This document shows, piece by piece, positions 10,063 through 20,853 of a DNA stretch of 64,000 bases; position 1 is the first letter of the stretch, and each line of letters begins with the position of its first letter. Under the pieces are notes generated by a model, which was given only the letters and a program-made list of their open reading frames with translations, ran no database searches and was not told where the DNA came from. A program made the position numbers and the translations under genes. Source of the DNA: Hyphomicrobiaceae bacterium (lineage in GTDB: Bacteria > Pseudomonadota > Alphaproteobacteria > Rhizobiales > Hyphomicrobiaceae). The DNA is taken from positions 30,644 to 94,643 of the forward strand of contig JBFWVC010000009.1 of the NCBI GenBank assembly GCA_050246945.1. Reading direction: 5' to 3'.

Positions 10063-11766
10063 TCAGTCACCAACCACGTTGATGAGTACCTTGACGACAG
10101 GTTTCTTCCCCCAGACCGCGTGGACTGCTGCCCGAACCGACCGGCGCACGGCCTCGCGCACGACTTCCACTTCCTTGAGCTTCTTGGCGGGCATACTGTC
10201 GAGCGTTCCATCCACCGCGTCGGCGACGATGTCGAATATTTCATCGCCCTCTGCATCGAACTCGGGCACTCCGTCGAGAGCGATCTCCGGGTCGCACAAG
10301 ACCTTGCCCTTCCGGGTCATCGCGATCGCCACCATGACGACGCCCACGATCGCAAGCTTGCGGCGGTTGCGCACCGGACCCGCGTCGCTTGGAACGATCA
10401 GGCGGCCGTCGCGGAAAAGCCGGCCCACCGGCACGTCGTCGACGACCTCGACCGGATCGGGCGCTAGCCGCACCATCTCACCATTATAGGCAGGCACCAC
10501 CAAGGGAACGCCTGCGCCACGCGCCAGTTCCGCGTGCGCACTGATGTGACGGGCCTCGCCGTGCATGGGCACAGCCACCTGCGGCATGATCCATTGATAC
10601 ATCTGCTTTAGCTCGTCGCGGCGCGGATGCCCCGTCACGTGTACGAGCGCTTCCGAATCAGTGAGAACCTCGCACCCCATACGCACCAGCGCGTTCTGAA
10701 TCCTACCGACCGACTTCTCGTTGCCCGGAATGGTGCGCGAGGAGAAGATGACGAGATCGCCCTTGGCGAGCTGGATATCGGGGTGTTCATTGTCGGCGAT
10801 GCGGGCCATTGCAGCGCGCGGCTCTCCTTGGCTGCCTGTGCACAGAAGGACGACGTCGTTGCGGTCGATGTACTTGAACTGCTGCTGGTCGAGGTAGCGC
10901 AGATCCTCGGGCAGATAGCCGGTTTCACGCGCCACCTCGATCACACGGTGCAGCGCCCGGCCTGCAACGACCAGTGTCCGCCCGGCCTCCTTCGCGGCAT
11001 CCGCAACCGCCTTGATGCGGGCCACGTTCGAGGAAAACGTCGTGACCGCGACACGTTTCGGTGCCCTTTTAACGATCGCGGCCAGCGACCGAGCAATTTC
11101 GAGTTCGGATGGAGAGCGCCCTTCGCGCATCGCGTTCGTGGAGTCGCAGATCAGCGCACGGACACCTTCGCGTCCGATTTCCGCAAGCCGCGTCTCGTTG
11201 GGTGGATCACCAACGAATGGTGTCTGATCGAGCTTCCAATCGCCCGAATGCAGCGCCAGCCCCGCCGGTGTTCGGATGGCAACCGCCGATGGCTCTGGGA
11301 TCGAATGCGACATCGTCACAAGCTCGATCTCGAAGGGCCCGATGCTCACGCTACCACCGAGTGGCACGACGTTGATCGGTAGCTTGACCCGCCCGCCATA
11401 CTCCGCCGCCTTGGCCTTGAGCATCCCCGCCGTGAACGGAGTTGCATAGATCGGCGCTTCGAGCTGCGGCCACAAATCTATGACGGCACCGATGTGATCC
11501 TCATGGGCGTGCGTCAAAACGATCCCGGCAAGCGCTTGGCGCTCCTCGATGAGAAAACGCATATCCGGCAGTATGACGTCTACACCCGGGTCGAACTCAC
11601 CCTCGGGAAACGTGATGCCAAGATCGACCAGCAGCCATTTGCGCGCCTTGGGCGGACCGAAGCCGTAGAGATAAGCATTCATGCCGATCTCGCCGAGCCC
11701 ACCCAGCGCGACCAGCACCAGCTCGCTTCGTTGCGATATTGCCCCCGCGTCGGTCGTTTTCCCCAT
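10063..11766 (-). CDS. rnj: Ribonuclease J (metallo-beta-lactamase / beta-CASP)
   Basis: It has GGLGEIGMN and the HAHEDHIGA motif, and a beta-CASP region. The start is either ATG 11766 or GTG 11784. Confidence 0.88.
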   Translation of the reverse strand: MGKTTDAGAISQRSELVLVALGGLGEIGMNAYLYGFGPPKARKWLLVDLGITFPEGEFDPGVDVILPDMRFLIEERQALAGIVLTHAHEDHIGAVIDLWPQLEAPIYATPFTAGMLKAKAAEYGGRVKLPINVVPLGGSVSIGPFEIELVTMSHSIPEPSAVAIRTPAGLALHSGDWKLDQTPFVGDPPNETRLAEIGREGVRALICDSTNAMREGRSPSELEIARSLAAIVKRAPKRVAVTTFSSNVARIKAVADAAKEAGRTLVVAGRALHRVIEVARETGYLPEDLRYLDQQQFKYIDRNDVVLLCTGSQGEPRAAMARIADNEHPDIQLAKGDLVIFSSRTIPGNEKSVGRIQNALVRMGCEVLTDSEALVHVTGHPRRDELKQMYQWIMPQVAVPMHGEARHISAHAELARGAGVPLVVPAYNGEMVRLAPDPVEVVDDVPVGRLFRDGRLIVPSDAGPVRNRRKLAIVGVVMVAIAMTRKGKVLCDPEIALDGVPEFDAEGDEIFDIVADAVDGTLDSMPAKKLKEVEVVREAVRRSVRAAVHAVWGKKPVVKVLINVVGD

Positions 11767-11801
11767 GAGCCTGATCACTTTCACATCGTCGACGGGCTCA
11801 A

Positions 11802-12578
11802 TTAGGACATTTCCTGCTCCGAAGCGAGCGTTACGTCACCGTAGGCATATCTCCGCAAGCGGCCCTCGCCGTCGACAAGAACGAGGGCACCGTCGGCGTC
11901 CAGGCCTCGAAAGAAGCCGGTAACCTGCCCCATCCTGTTCTCAATCGTCATTGCGGTGCCTTTGGGAGTGGAAGCAGACAGCCAGGCGTGCCGGATCGCA
12001 TCGAAGCCGCGGCCCTCATCCCACAGCGCCAGCGCGTCATCGAGATGCCGCGCAACATCGCGTGTGACATCGCTCAGCACCGGCTCGGGCCCGGCCACCG
12101 CCGCAAGCGCTGCCGTGCGCCGGCCAGGTATTTCGGGTGCATGCGCGACGTTGAGACCGATGCCGATGACAGCGATCTGCTCTCCGCCGACCGTCGTCGC
12201 TTCGACGAGTATGCCGGCAAGCTTGGCGCCATCCAGAAGAACATCGTTAGGCCACTTGAGCAGCAGCCGGCGAGCATTGTCACCCAGCCCCAGCGCAGCG
12301 GCAGCCGATTTGTATACGGCGACCCCCGCGACAAGCGACAGCTGCGGAACTGCACCGGCAGGCGCACCGGTGCGACCCAGCCGGCTCAAGGCAAGGTTTC
12401 CCGTCGGCGCCTCCCACACACGCCCGGATCGTCCACGCCCGGCGGTCTGCCGGTCGGCGCGTATATAGAGCGGACCGCGTTCTCCGGCCAAAGCGCGGCG
12501 CATCGCTTCAGCGTTCGTCGAGTCGACCTCTTCGAGCTCAACCCAACGCGCCTCCGCTTTGGCGATGGCCGCAGCCAT
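11802..12578 (-). CDS. birA: Biotin--[acetyl-CoA-carboxylase] ligase, group I (no N-terminal HTH)
   Basis: 258 aa with QTAGRGRSGRVWEAP (GRGRxGR motif) and KWPNDVLL. Confidence 0.88.
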   Translation of the reverse strand: MAAAIAKAEARWVELEEVDSTNAEAMRRALAGERGPLYIRADRQTAGRGRSGRVWEAPTGNLALSRLGRTGAPAGAVPQLSLVAGVAVYKSAAAALGLGDNARRLLLKWPNDVLLDGAKLAGILVEATTVGGEQIAVIGIGLNVAHAPEIPGRRTAALAAVAGPEPVLSDVTRDVARHLDDALALWDEGRGFDAIRHAWLSASTPKGTAMTIENRMGQVTGFFRGLDADGALVLVDGEGRLRRYAYGDVTLASEQEMS

Positions 12579-12581
12579 CCC

Positions 12582-14018
12582 TCATAGCCTCAGCGACTTG
12601 GCCGCCTGGGCGGCGGCCTCCACCAGAGGCGAGGGATAGACGATGAAGAGGACAACGAAGATCGTCGCGAGCATCATCACGGCCCCGATCTTACCGTCGA
12701 TCCCGATGAACTTGTCCTTCGGCTCCTTCACGAACATCACGATGACGATGCGGATGTAGTAGAACGCAGCCACTACGCTTGCCAGGACCGCCACCACCGC
12801 CAGCAGGATCATGTCGGCCTTTACAGCCGCGGCTATCACGTAGAACTTGCCCCAGAAGCCAGCCAGCGGCGGAATCCCCGCCAGCGAGAACATCAGCATG
12901 CCGAGCGCGAATGCCATCCCGAGGTTGGTTTCCGCCAGGCCCGACAACTCGTCGATCTCCTCGACCGGCCCCTCGGCGCGGCGCATCGCGAGGATGCACG
13001 CGAACGTACCCAGCGTCATCACGAGGTAGATCGCCATGTAGATCAGCACGCCCTGCACGCCTTCCTGGCTGTTGGCGGCAAGACCGACGAGTGCGAAACC
13101 GACATGCCCGATCGAGGAATATGCCATCAGACGCTTGATATTGGTCTGCCCGATCGCCGCGAACGATCCGAGCAGCATCGACGCAATCGCGATAAATACG
13201 ACGATCTGCTGCCATGCCGGCGCGATCCCTGGAAAGGCGACCGCAAGCGTACGCACCATCAGCGCCATGGCCGCCACCTTTGGCGCAGCCGCAAAGAAGG
13301 CCGTTACCGGGGTCGGCGCACCCTCGTAGACGTCAGGCGTCCACATGTGGAACGGCACCGCGGATACCTTGAACGCAAGTCCGACCATGATGAACACGAG
13401 ACCGACGATGACGCCGATGTCGGCTGCACTCTTCAGCACGCCCGCGATAATCGGGAAGCTGGTGGATCCAGAGAAACCATAGACCAGTGACGCTCCATAG
13501 AGCAGCATCCCCGACGAAAGCGCACCCAGCACGAAATACTTCAGGCCCGCCTCGCTCGAGCGCACCGAATCCCGCCGGAACGCTGCGACCACGTAGAGCG
13601 CGAGGCTTTGCAGTTCCAACCCAATATAAAGCGCGATGAGATCGTTTGCCGAAATCATCATCATCATGCCGACGGTCGCCAGCAGCACCAGCACAGGATA
13701 TTCGAACTTCATCAGCTTCATTTCGCTGAACGACTGGAATGACAGTACGAGCGCACCAGCCGATCCGATCAGCACCAGAATCTTCATGAAGCGGGTGAAG
13801 CGGTCCATCACGAATGCATCTTCGAAGAGACCGCCCGATACGTTTGGATTGAGCGCCATGACGACGCCCGCCAGTACGATGAGGCCGATCGCCAGCCACG
13901 ACGTCATCGTGCCGGTCTCTTCGGTATCGGGCTGGAACGCGCCCAGCATCAGGAGCGCCATCGCTCCAACGGCCAGCACGATCTCGGGCAAGGCCGGATA
14001 GGACAGAAGGTCGATCAT
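12582..14018 (-). CDS. nuoN: NADH-quinone oxidoreductase subunit N
   Basis: The true start is [17 protein letters not shown].. at ATG 14016-14018, which overlaps the nuoM stop by 1 nt. The 787-aa ORF-track entry is an upstream over-extension. Confidence 0.93.
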   Translation of the reverse strand: MIDLLSYPALPEIVLAVGAMALLMLGAFQPDTEETGTMTSWLAIGLIVLAGVVMALNPNVSGGLFEDAFVMDRFTRFMKILVLIGSAGALVLSFQSFSEMKLMKFEYPVLVLLATVGMMMMISANDLIALYIGLELQSLALYVVAAFRRDSVRSSEAGLKYFVLGALSSGMLLYGASLVYGFSGSTSFPIIAGVLKSAADIGVIVGLVFIMVGLAFKVSAVPFHMWTPDVYEGAPTPVTAFFAAAPKVAAMALMVRTLAVAFPGIAPAWQQIVVFIAIASMLLGSFAAIGQTNIKRLMAYSSIGHVGFALVGLAANSQEGVQGVLIYMAIYLVMTLGTFACILAMRRAEGPVEEIDELSGLAETNLGMAFALGMLMFSLAGIPPLAGFWGKFYVIAAAVKADMILLAVVAVLASVVAAFYYIRIVIVMFVKEPKDKFIGIDGKIGAVMMLATIFVVLFIVYPSPLVEAAAQAAKSLRL

Positions 14019-15565
14019 CACTTGGCCTCCTTCTGGCCTTCGGCCGCGCTGATTTCGATCCTGAATGGCTCGGCCCGCTCGATCTTTGCGGTCCGCAGCG
14101 CCGCCTCGTAGTTGGCGACGAGCTTCTTCACCGACTGCGCGGTTACATCCAGGATCGGCGCAGGATAAAATCCGAACAGGATCGTCAAGGCGACCAGCGG
14201 TCCCAATACGACGACTTCGCGAGGGTTCATATCGGCAATTGACTTGAGGCTCGACTTCTCGAGCACGCCGAAAATCACGCGCCGATAGAGCCACAGTGCG
14301 TAGGCTGCCGACAGGATCACGCCTGTGGTCGCAAAGAAAGCCACCCAGGTATTTGCCTTGAAGGCGCCGAGCAGGGTCAGGAATTCGCCGATGAAGCCGG
14401 ACGTGCCGGGAAGGCCGACGTTCGCCATCGTGAACACCATGAAACAGAACGCATAGATCGGCATCCTGTCCACCAAGCCGCCATAGGCGGAGATCTCGCG
14501 CGTGTGCATGCGGTCGTAGATGATCCCGACACACAGGAACAGCGCCGCCGAGACAAGCCCGTGCGACAGCATTTGGAAGATCGCGCCGTCGACACCCTGG
14601 TGCGTGAACGTGAAGATACCCATCGTCACGAAGCCCATGTGCGCCACAGACGAGTAGGCGATGAGCTTCTTGATATCCTCCTGCGCCAGCGCCACCAGCG
14701 AGGTGTAGATGATCGCCGCGACAGAGAGTGCGAAGACCAGCGGCGCCAGTTCGGCGCTCGCCAGCGGAAACATCGGCAGCGAGAACCTCAGGAAACCGTA
14801 GCCGCCCATCTTCAGCAAAATGCCCGCAAGAATAACCGATCCCGCAGTCGGCGCCTCCACGTGCGCGTCGGGAAGCCACGTATGCACCGGCCACATCGGC
14901 ATTTTCACCGCGAACGAAGCGAAGAACGCGAGCCACAGCCACCACTGCATGTCAGCAGGGAACTTTGCTTCCATCAGCTGTGGAATATCCGTCGTGCCCG
15001 CATGCCACCACATCGCCATCATAGCCAGCAGCATCAGCACCGATCCGAGCAGCGTGTAGAGGAAGAACTTGAAACTCGCATAGATGCGCCTCTTGCCGCC
15101 CCAAACGCCGATGATGATGAACATCGGGATGAGTCCCGCTTCGAAGAACAGGTAGAACAGCACGAGATCGAGCGCGACGAACACGCCCACCATCAGCGCT
15201 TCCAGAACGAGGAACGCAATCATGTACTCCTTGACACGCTTCTCGATCGATTCCCACGAGGCGAGGATGCACAGCGGCATCAGGAACGTCGTCAGAATGA
15301 CGAACAGCATCGAGATGCCATCGACGCCGACCTTGTACTTTATCGGCCCTAGCCAGCCATGCTCCTCGATGAACTGAAAGCCCGGATTGGCCTTGTCGAA
15401 CGACATCCAGATGAACAGAGAAAGCACGAACGTCACGAGCGTTGTCCAAAGCGCGACGTAGCGCGCATTGCGCACGGCATCCTGCGGAAGGAATGCGATG
15501 AACAGCGCGCCAACCAGGGGCAGGAACGTCACTAGGGACAGAATTGGAAGCGTAGCCAGGTTCAT
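14018..15565 (-). CDS. nuoM: NADH-quinone oxidoreductase subunit M
   Basis: It starts at [14 protein letters not shown].., codon 41 of ORF 14018..15685. Its ATG overlaps the nuoL stop (ATGA). Confidence 0.93.
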   Translation of the reverse strand: MNLATLPILSLVTFLPLVGALFIAFLPQDAVRNARYVALWTTLVTFVLSLFIWMSFDKANPGFQFIEEHGWLGPIKYKVGVDGISMLFVILTTFLMPLCILASWESIEKRVKEYMIAFLVLEALMVGVFVALDLVLFYLFFEAGLIPMFIIIGVWGGKRRIYASFKFFLYTLLGSVLMLLAMMAMWWHAGTTDIPQLMEAKFPADMQWWLWLAFFASFAVKMPMWPVHTWLPDAHVEAPTAGSVILAGILLKMGGYGFLRFSLPMFPLASAELAPLVFALSVAAIIYTSLVALAQEDIKKLIAYSSVAHMGFVTMGIFTFTHQGVDGAIFQMLSHGLVSAALFLCVGIIYDRMHTREISAYGGLVDRMPIYAFCFMVFTMANVGLPGTSGFIGEFLTLLGAFKANTWVAFFATTGVILSAAYALWLYRRVIFGVLEKSSLKSIADMNPREVVVLGPLVALTILFGFYPAPILDVTAQSVKKLVANYEAALRTAKIERAEPFRIEISAAEGQKEAK

Positions 15566-17649
15566 TTCGTGACCCCACCGGCGAAGATGAAGTAGCTGAT
15601 GAGGAGAGCGACGCCGATCAGCATCGCGAAGGCGTAATGATAGACATAGCCTGTCTGCAACTTGACGATCCGGCCCGTCGTCCACACGACGCCTCGCGCA
15701 GTGCCATCGATCGTGCCATCGATCAGGGCGCCGTCACCACCCTTCCAAAGCGCCCGACCAAGCCACAGTGTCGGCCGCACGAACAGGAAATCGTAGAGCT
15801 CGTCGAAGTACCACTTGTTGAGCAGAAACAGGTAGAGCGGGCGGAAGGCCTTCGCCGTCGCCTCCGGCAGCCACGGCGCAGCGATATAGTAGAGGTAGGA
15901 TAAGCCAAACCCACCCGCCATCGCGAGCGTTGCAGACCAGACGACCCACGTCGGCGGATGATGGTGGCCGCCGCCATGAGCCGCCGCAACGCCGTGCGCG
16001 GCATCTGCCGCATGCCCCGCTGCGCCAGCCGCATGGCCCGCGGCTTCACCGCCCGCCTGCCCCGCCAAGCCGATCGCCTGCGCCACGTCGCCAGCCGCCG
16101 TTGCGGTTGCATTTGCGACCGCTCCGCCTGCCTGGGCGATCGACGTTCCCCAGAAGCCGGTCATCATGTCGCCGATGAAGTATGGAGAGAAAACGAAGCC
16201 CGCCAGCACCGCCCCGGACGCCAGAACGCCGAGCGGAACCAGCATCACCATCGGACTCTCGTGCGCATGTTTATAGACATCGGGCTCTGCGCGCGTCTTC
16301 CCGTGGAAGGTCATGAACACGAGGCGCCACGAGTAGAACGACGTCATGAAGGCGGCGACAACCAGAAGCCAGAACGAGTAGTCGTACGGAAGGTGCGCCA
16401 TGTACGCGCCTTCGATGATCGCGTCCTTCGAATGGAAACCAGCAAAGCCCGCAAGATGCGGGATGCCGACACCCGTCAGCGCCAGCGTGCCGATCAGCAT
16501 CATCACCCATGTGACACGGATCTTCGGCGCCAGACCGCCCATGTTGCGCATATCCTGCTCGTGGTGCATCGCATGGATCACCGAGCCGGCGCCGAGAAAA
16601 AGAAGCGCCTTGAAGAACGCATGCGTGAAGAGATGGAAGATGCCCGCGCCGTAGGCGGAAATGCCGAGCGCGGCAAACATGTAGCCAAGCTGCGAGCAGG
16701 TCGAATAGGCAATCACACGCTTGATGTCGTTCTGCACGAGGCCGACGGTCGCCGCGAAGAACGCCGTCAGCGAGCCGACCAGGGTAACCACCTGCAGCGC
16801 GACCGGTGCCTGTTCGAACAGCGGCGACAGCCGCGCTACCATGAACACGCCGGCCGTCACCATGGTCGCGGCATGGATCAGCGCGGACACCGGAGTAGGA
16901 CCTTCCATGGCATCTGGCAACCAAGTGTGCAGGAGCAACTGCGCCGACTTGCCCATCGCACCCATGAAGAGCAGCAGGCACAGCGTCGTCATCACATCAA
17001 CCTGCATGCCGAGGAAATTCATCGTCGCGCCCTTGGCACCTGGTGCAGCCTCGAAGATCGCGTCGAAGTTGATCGACCCGAACATGAAGAACACGCCGAA
17101 GATGCCGAGCGCGAAGCCGAAGTCGCCGACGCGATTGACGATGAACGCCTTGATCGCCGCCGCGTTGGCCGAGGGCTTGTGATACCAGAAACCGATAAGC
17201 AGGTAGGACGCCAGGCCTACACCTTCCCAACCGAAAAACATCTGCAGGAGGTTGTCGGCCGTCACCAGCATGAGCATCGCGAACGTGAACAGCGACAGGT
17301 ACGCAAAGAAGCGCGGCCGACTATCGTCCTCGTGCATGTAGCCGATCGAGTAGAGATGAACGAGCGCCGATACCGTCGTCACGACCACCAGCATCACGGC
17401 CGTCAGCGTATCGATTCGCAGTGACCAGGCGACGTCGAGATCCCCGCTCGTGATCCAGCGCATCACCGGAACGCGCGCGGTCTCCGAGCCGAAGCCGACC
17501 TGAACGAATACGAACCACGACAGTACACAGGCGATCATAAGGAAACCCGTGGTGATGATTTCCGACGGACGGTCGCCGATCAGCCGTCCGAAGAAGCCGG
17601 CAATGATCGCACCCAGCAGCGGCAGAAAGACGATTGCGTTGTAAATCAT
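15562..17649 (-). CDS. nuoL: NADH-quinone oxidoreductase subunit L, with an Ala/Gly/His-rich insertion
   Basis: 695 aa with [15 protein letters not shown] and [24 protein letters not shown]. Confidence 0.95.
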   Translation of the reverse strand: MIYNAIVFLPLLGAIIAGFFGRLIGDRPSEIITTGFLMIACVLSWFVFVQVGFGSETARVPVMRWITSGDLDVAWSLRIDTLTAVMLVVVTTVSALVHLYSIGYMHEDDSRPRFFAYLSLFTFAMLMLVTADNLLQMFFGWEGVGLASYLLIGFWYHKPSANAAAIKAFIVNRVGDFGFALGIFGVFFMFGSINFDAIFEAAPGAKGATMNFLGMQVDVMTTLCLLLFMGAMGKSAQLLLHTWLPDAMEGPTPVSALIHAATMVTAGVFMVARLSPLFEQAPVALQVVTLVGSLTAFFAATVGLVQNDIKRVIAYSTCSQLGYMFAALGISAYGAGIFHLFTHAFFKALLFLGAGSVIHAMHHEQDMRNMGGLAPKIRVTWVMMLIGTLALTGVGIPHLAGFAGFHSKDAIIEGAYMAHLPYDYSFWLLVVAAFMTSFYSWRLVFMTFHGKTRAEPDVYKHAHESPMVMLVPLGVLASGAVLAGFVFSPYFIGDMMTGFWGTSIAQAGGAVANATATAAGDVAQAIGLAGQAGGEAAGHAAGAAGHAADAAHGVAAAHGGGHHHPPTWVVWSATLAMAGGFGLSYLYYIAAPWLPEATAKAFRPLYLFLLNKWYFDELYDFLFVRPTLWLGRALWKGGDGALIDGTIDGTARGVVWTTGRIVKLQTGYVYHYAFAMLIGVALLISYFIFAGGVTK

Positions 17650-17667
17650 TGGTCAGCGCTCCGCCGC

Positions 17668-17976
17668 TCAGCCCTTCATCATGTTGATGTCTTCCACCGC
17701 AATCGAGCCGCGATTGCGGTAGTAGACGACGACGATCGCCAGGCCTATGGCGGCTTCCGCCGCCGCGACCGTCAGCACAAACAGCGCAAACACCTGACCG
17801 ACAAGATCGCCCAGGAAACTTGAGAAGGCCACGAGGTTGATGTTGACTGCGAGCAGCATCAGCTCAACCGACATCAGGATGATGATGACGTTCTTGCGGT
17901 TGAGAAAAATGCCGAAAATGCCCAGCGTGAAAAGACACGCGGCCACCACCAGATAATGCGCCAGCCCGATCGTCAT
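17668..17976 (-). CDS. nuoK: NADH-quinone oxidoreductase subunit K
   Basis: 102 aa from [16 protein letters not shown].., ending ..[32 protein letters not shown]. Confidence 0.93.
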   Translation of the reverse strand: MTIGLAHYLVVAACLFTLGIFGIFLNRKNVIIILMSVELMLLAVNINLVAFSSFLGDLVGQVFALFVLTVAAAEAAIGLAIVVVYYRNRGSIAVEDINMMKG

Positions 17977-18389
17977 TGAGAATCTCCCAGATTGGCGAAC
18001 GAAACCGCCGCTATGATCGAAACGATCCACATCGTGACCAGCGCGAATGCAGCCACGACCGCTCCAGGACCGCCATAGTCGGAGAAAAAATAGAGGACTG
18101 ACGGCAATCCGATCGCAAGAAGCGCGGCCAGTCCACGCTGCCCCGTCGCCCCGGACATCGCGAGGAAATACGCCACGCACGCCAGCGCCAGAACGCCCAG
18201 GACAAGCCAGACCGGCACCCCGGCGGCATCCACGAGTCGAAGGCGCGCAAGCCCCGCCAGAACCAGCATGGGCGCACCGCCGAGCGCCAAGACGGTAATC
18301 GCGCGAGGCAGTTTCTCCATGTCGCTGCCGACATCCGGCGTCGACGGGAGATACCGCTGCAAGCTATTCTTACCGCCACCCGCCTTCAT
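17973..18389 (-). CDS. Hypothetical ~4-TM membrane protein inserted between nuoJ and nuoK
   Basis: 138-aa ORF. Its ATG overlaps the nuoJ stop (ATGA at 18386-18389) and its TGA overlaps the nuoK ATG (ATGA at 17973-17976). Third codon positions are GC-rich like the nuo genes, and it has four hydrophobic segments. Confidence 0.65.
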   Translation of the reverse strand: MKAGGGKNSLQRYLPSTPDVGSDMEKLPRAITVLALGGAPMLVLAGLARLRLVDAAGVPVWLVLGVLALACVAYFLAMSGATGQRGLAALLAIGLPSVLYFFSDYGGPGAVVAAFALVTMWIVSIIAAVSFANLGDSQ

Positions 18390-19018
18390 CGCTGGCCCTC
18401 CGCCGAGGGAACGATTGCCTGACCCGGCGCCACCTTGACGACCTCCACCGCAGTCTCCGGAGTGCGGTTCACCTGCACCGATATCGACTGGCGTTTCACG
18501 CCCTCCTTGTGCCTGAGCGTCAACACGATCGCGCCGACCATGGCAACCAGCAGGACGAGGCCCGCACCCTGGAAGAAGTAGGCGTATTTCGTGTAGATCA
18601 GCAGCCCGAGCGCCTTAGTGTTCGTAACGCCCGCCGGAGCAGCAGCCGCCAGCTGCTTGCCCACGCCCAGATCGAATCCGTACACGCCAAACAGCGCTAT
18701 CAACTCCGCCAGGACGATACCGCCGACGATCAAGCCTACCGGCGCATTCCTAATGAAGCCGGCGCGAAGCTCGGCAAAATCAACGTCGAGCATCATCACG
18801 ACGAACAGGAACAAAACCGCCACCGCACCCACGTAGACGATGACGAGCAGCATCGCCAGGAACTCCGCACCGAGCAGCACGAAGAGGCCTGCGGCATTGA
18901 AGAAGGTCAGGATCAGGTAAAGAACCGCATGCACCGGGTTCTTCGCCGTGATCACCAGCGTCGCCGAGATCACCGCGAGGATCGAAAATACGTAGAAGAA
19001 GAAGCCTGTCACGCTCAT
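18386..19018 (-). CDS. nuoJ: NADH-quinone oxidoreductase subunit J
   Basis: It starts at MSVTGFFFYVFSILAVISATLVITAKNPVHAVLYLIL.. (ATG 19018). Confidence 0.92.
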   Translation of the reverse strand: MSVTGFFFYVFSILAVISATLVITAKNPVHAVLYLILTFFNAAGLFVLLGAEFLAMLLVIVYVGAVAVLFLFVVMMLDVDFAELRAGFIRNAPVGLIVGGIVLAELIALFGVYGFDLGVGKQLAAAAPAGVTNTKALGLLIYTKYAYFFQGAGLVLLVAMVGAIVLTLRHKEGVKRQSISVQVNRTPETAVEVVKVAPGQAIVPSAEGQR

Positions 19019-19028
19019 CTGGCGCCCC

Positions 19029-19517
19029 TCACCGGTACTTCGCGTCGAGCGCGAGGTTCTGCGCAATCTCGCGCTCCCAGCGGTCGCCGTTCGCAAGCAG
19101 CTTCTCCTTGTTGTAGAAAAGCTCCTCCCGAGTCTCTGTCGCAAATTCGAAGTTGGGGCCCTCCACGATCGCCTCGACCGGACACGCCTCCTGGCATAAG
19201 CCGCAGTAGATGCACTTGGTCATGTCGATGTCGTAGCGTGTCGTGCGTCGCGTGCCGTCGTTGCGACGCGGCCCCGCCTCGATGGTGATCGCCTGCGCCG
19301 GGCAGATTGCCTCGCACAGCTTGCACGCGATGCAGCGCTCCTCTCCGTTGGGATAGCGCCTGAGCGCGTGCTCACCTCGGAATCTGGGCGAAAGCGGTCC
19401 CTTTTCGAACGGATAGTTCAGCGTCGCCTTCGGCGCGAAGAAATAGCGCATGGTCAGGAAGAATGCCGATACGAATTCCGAAAGGAACAGCGACTTGATT
19501 CCGGATGACACACTCAT
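19029..19517 (-). CDS. nuoI: NADH-quinone oxidoreductase subunit I (2x[4Fe-4S])
   Basis: It has [12 protein letters not shown] and [12 protein letters not shown]. Confidence 0.95.
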   Translation of the reverse strand: MSVSSGIKSLFLSEFVSAFFLTMRYFFAPKATLNYPFEKGPLSPRFRGEHALRRYPNGEERCIACKLCEAICPAQAITIEAGPRRNDGTRRTTRYDIDMTKCIYCGLCQEACPVEAIVEGPNFEFATETREELFYNKEKLLANGDRWEREIAQNLALDAKYR

Positions 19518-19533
19518 AGGGTTCTCTCCGTCC

Positions 19534-19743
19534 TCAATTCTTCAGCATCGACGCGACAAAATAACCGAGTATCGCAAATACGAACACATCTACCAACGCC
19601 ACTTTCCGAAGGAGACCCGCCGTGCGCTTCTTCTCTGGCGTCGGCGTCGTGCCCTCGATCCGCAATGCGATCACGCGCAACACGAACAAGTTCAAGAGGC
19701 CGAAAGCGGCACCTGCGCCAATCCCGATCAGCTCCCGCCTCAT
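19534..19743 (-). CDS. Hypothetical 69-aa two-TM protein between nuoH and nuoI
   Basis: [53 protein letters not shown]. Its ATG overlaps the nuoH stop (ATGA at 19740-19743). It ends 16 nt before nuoI, just ahead of a GGAGAG RBS. Confidence 0.55.
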   Translation of the reverse strand: MRRELIGIGAGAAFGLLNLFVLRVIALRIEGTTPTPEKKRTAGLLRKVALVDVFVFAILGYFVASMLKN

Positions 19744-20834
19744 GCCAGCCCTCCGAAATGGAGCACAGCTGCAACCGCAATCACCATCAGCAGAGACAGC
19801 GGCAGGAACACCTTCCAGCCCAGACGCATGAGCTGGTCGTAGCGGTAGCGTGGCACCATTGCCTTCACCATGGCGAACAGGAAGAAGACAAAGGTTGCCT
19901 TGAGAATGAACCACAGGATGCCCGGCACCCAGTTGAACGGCGCCACGTCGACCGGCGGCAGCCAGCCGCCCAGGAACAGTATCGTGGTCATCGCGCACAT
20001 GGCGACAATCGCCACGTATTCGCCCAGCATGTAGAGCAGGTACGGTGTCGAGGAGTATTCGACCATGAAGCCCGCCACGAGTTCCGATTCGGCTTCAGGC
20101 AGGTCGAACGGCGGCCTGTTCGTTTCGGCCAGCGCCGAGATGAAGAACACGACGAACATCGGGAACAGCGCCAACCAATGCCAGTCGATAAGCGAGTTGG
20201 GCAGGCCGATCTGCGTGCCGAGCCCCGTCTTCTGCGCATTGACAATGTCGGTGAGGTTGAGCGAGCCCACCAGCAGAAGCACCGTGATGATGACGAGACC
20301 GATCGAAACCTCATAGGACACCATCTGTGCGGCCGACCGCAGCGATCCCATGAATGGATACTTCGAATTCGAGGCCCAGCCGCCCATGATGATGCCGTAA
20401 ACGCCAAGCGACGACAGCGCCAGGATGTACAGTACGCCGACATTCAGGTCGGATATCACCCATTTGCCCCAGGCGTTCTCGCTGACCGGAATGACCGCCC
20501 AGGCGGCAAGCGCGAATGTCGCCGTCGCCACGGGTGCGAGCAGAAAGACACCCTTGTCGGCGCCCGCCGGGATGACCGGCTCCTTGAATACGAATTTCAA
20601 CAGGTCCGCGAACGACTGCAACAGGCCGAACGGGCCGACCACGTTGGGGCCGCGCCGCATCTGCACGGCCGCCCACACCTTGCGATCCATGAGCAGCAGG
20701 AAGGCGATCAGCACCAGAAGACCGACCAGCAGCGCCAGGCTCGCAACCACGTAAACGAGCGTCCACCACATCCAGTCGAGCCAGCCGGGAAGCGGCAGCG
20801 TCGTGTTCAACCAATCGATCGCAGCGTTGATCAT
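19740..20834 (-). CDS. nuoH: NADH-quinone oxidoreductase subunit H
   Basis: 364 aa with [29 protein letters not shown] and [21 protein letters not shown]. Confidence 0.95.
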   Translation of the reverse strand: MINAAIDWLNTTLPLPGWLDWMWWTLVYVVASLALLVGLLVLIAFLLLMDRKVWAAVQMRRGPNVVGPFGLLQSFADLLKFVFKEPVIPAGADKGVFLLAPVATATFALAAWAVIPVSENAWGKWVISDLNVGVLYILALSSLGVYGIIMGGWASNSKYPFMGSLRSAAQMVSYEVSIGLVIITVLLLVGSLNLTDIVNAQKTGLGTQIGLPNSLIDWHWLALFPMFVVFFISALAETNRPPFDLPEAESELVAGFMVEYSSTPYLLYMLGEYVAIVAMCAMTTILFLGGWLPPVDVAPFNWVPGILWFILKATFVFFLFAMVKAMVPRYRYDQLMRLGWKVFLPLSLLMVIAVAAVLHFGGLA

Positions 20835-20853
20835 GGCCGTGCCTCTTGCCCCC

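Noticed and set aside
14019-14945. N-terminal 308-aa extension of the nuoN ORF (787 aa in the ORF track)
   Set aside because: It overlaps nuoM in another frame and looks non-coding (Arg/Gly/Ala-rich). The canonical NuoN start MIDLLSYP at 14018 is coupled to the nuoM stop.
15958-17424. 488-aa plus-strand ORF
   Set aside because: It is antisense to nuoL and has extreme Arg/His content. It is a shadow ORF.
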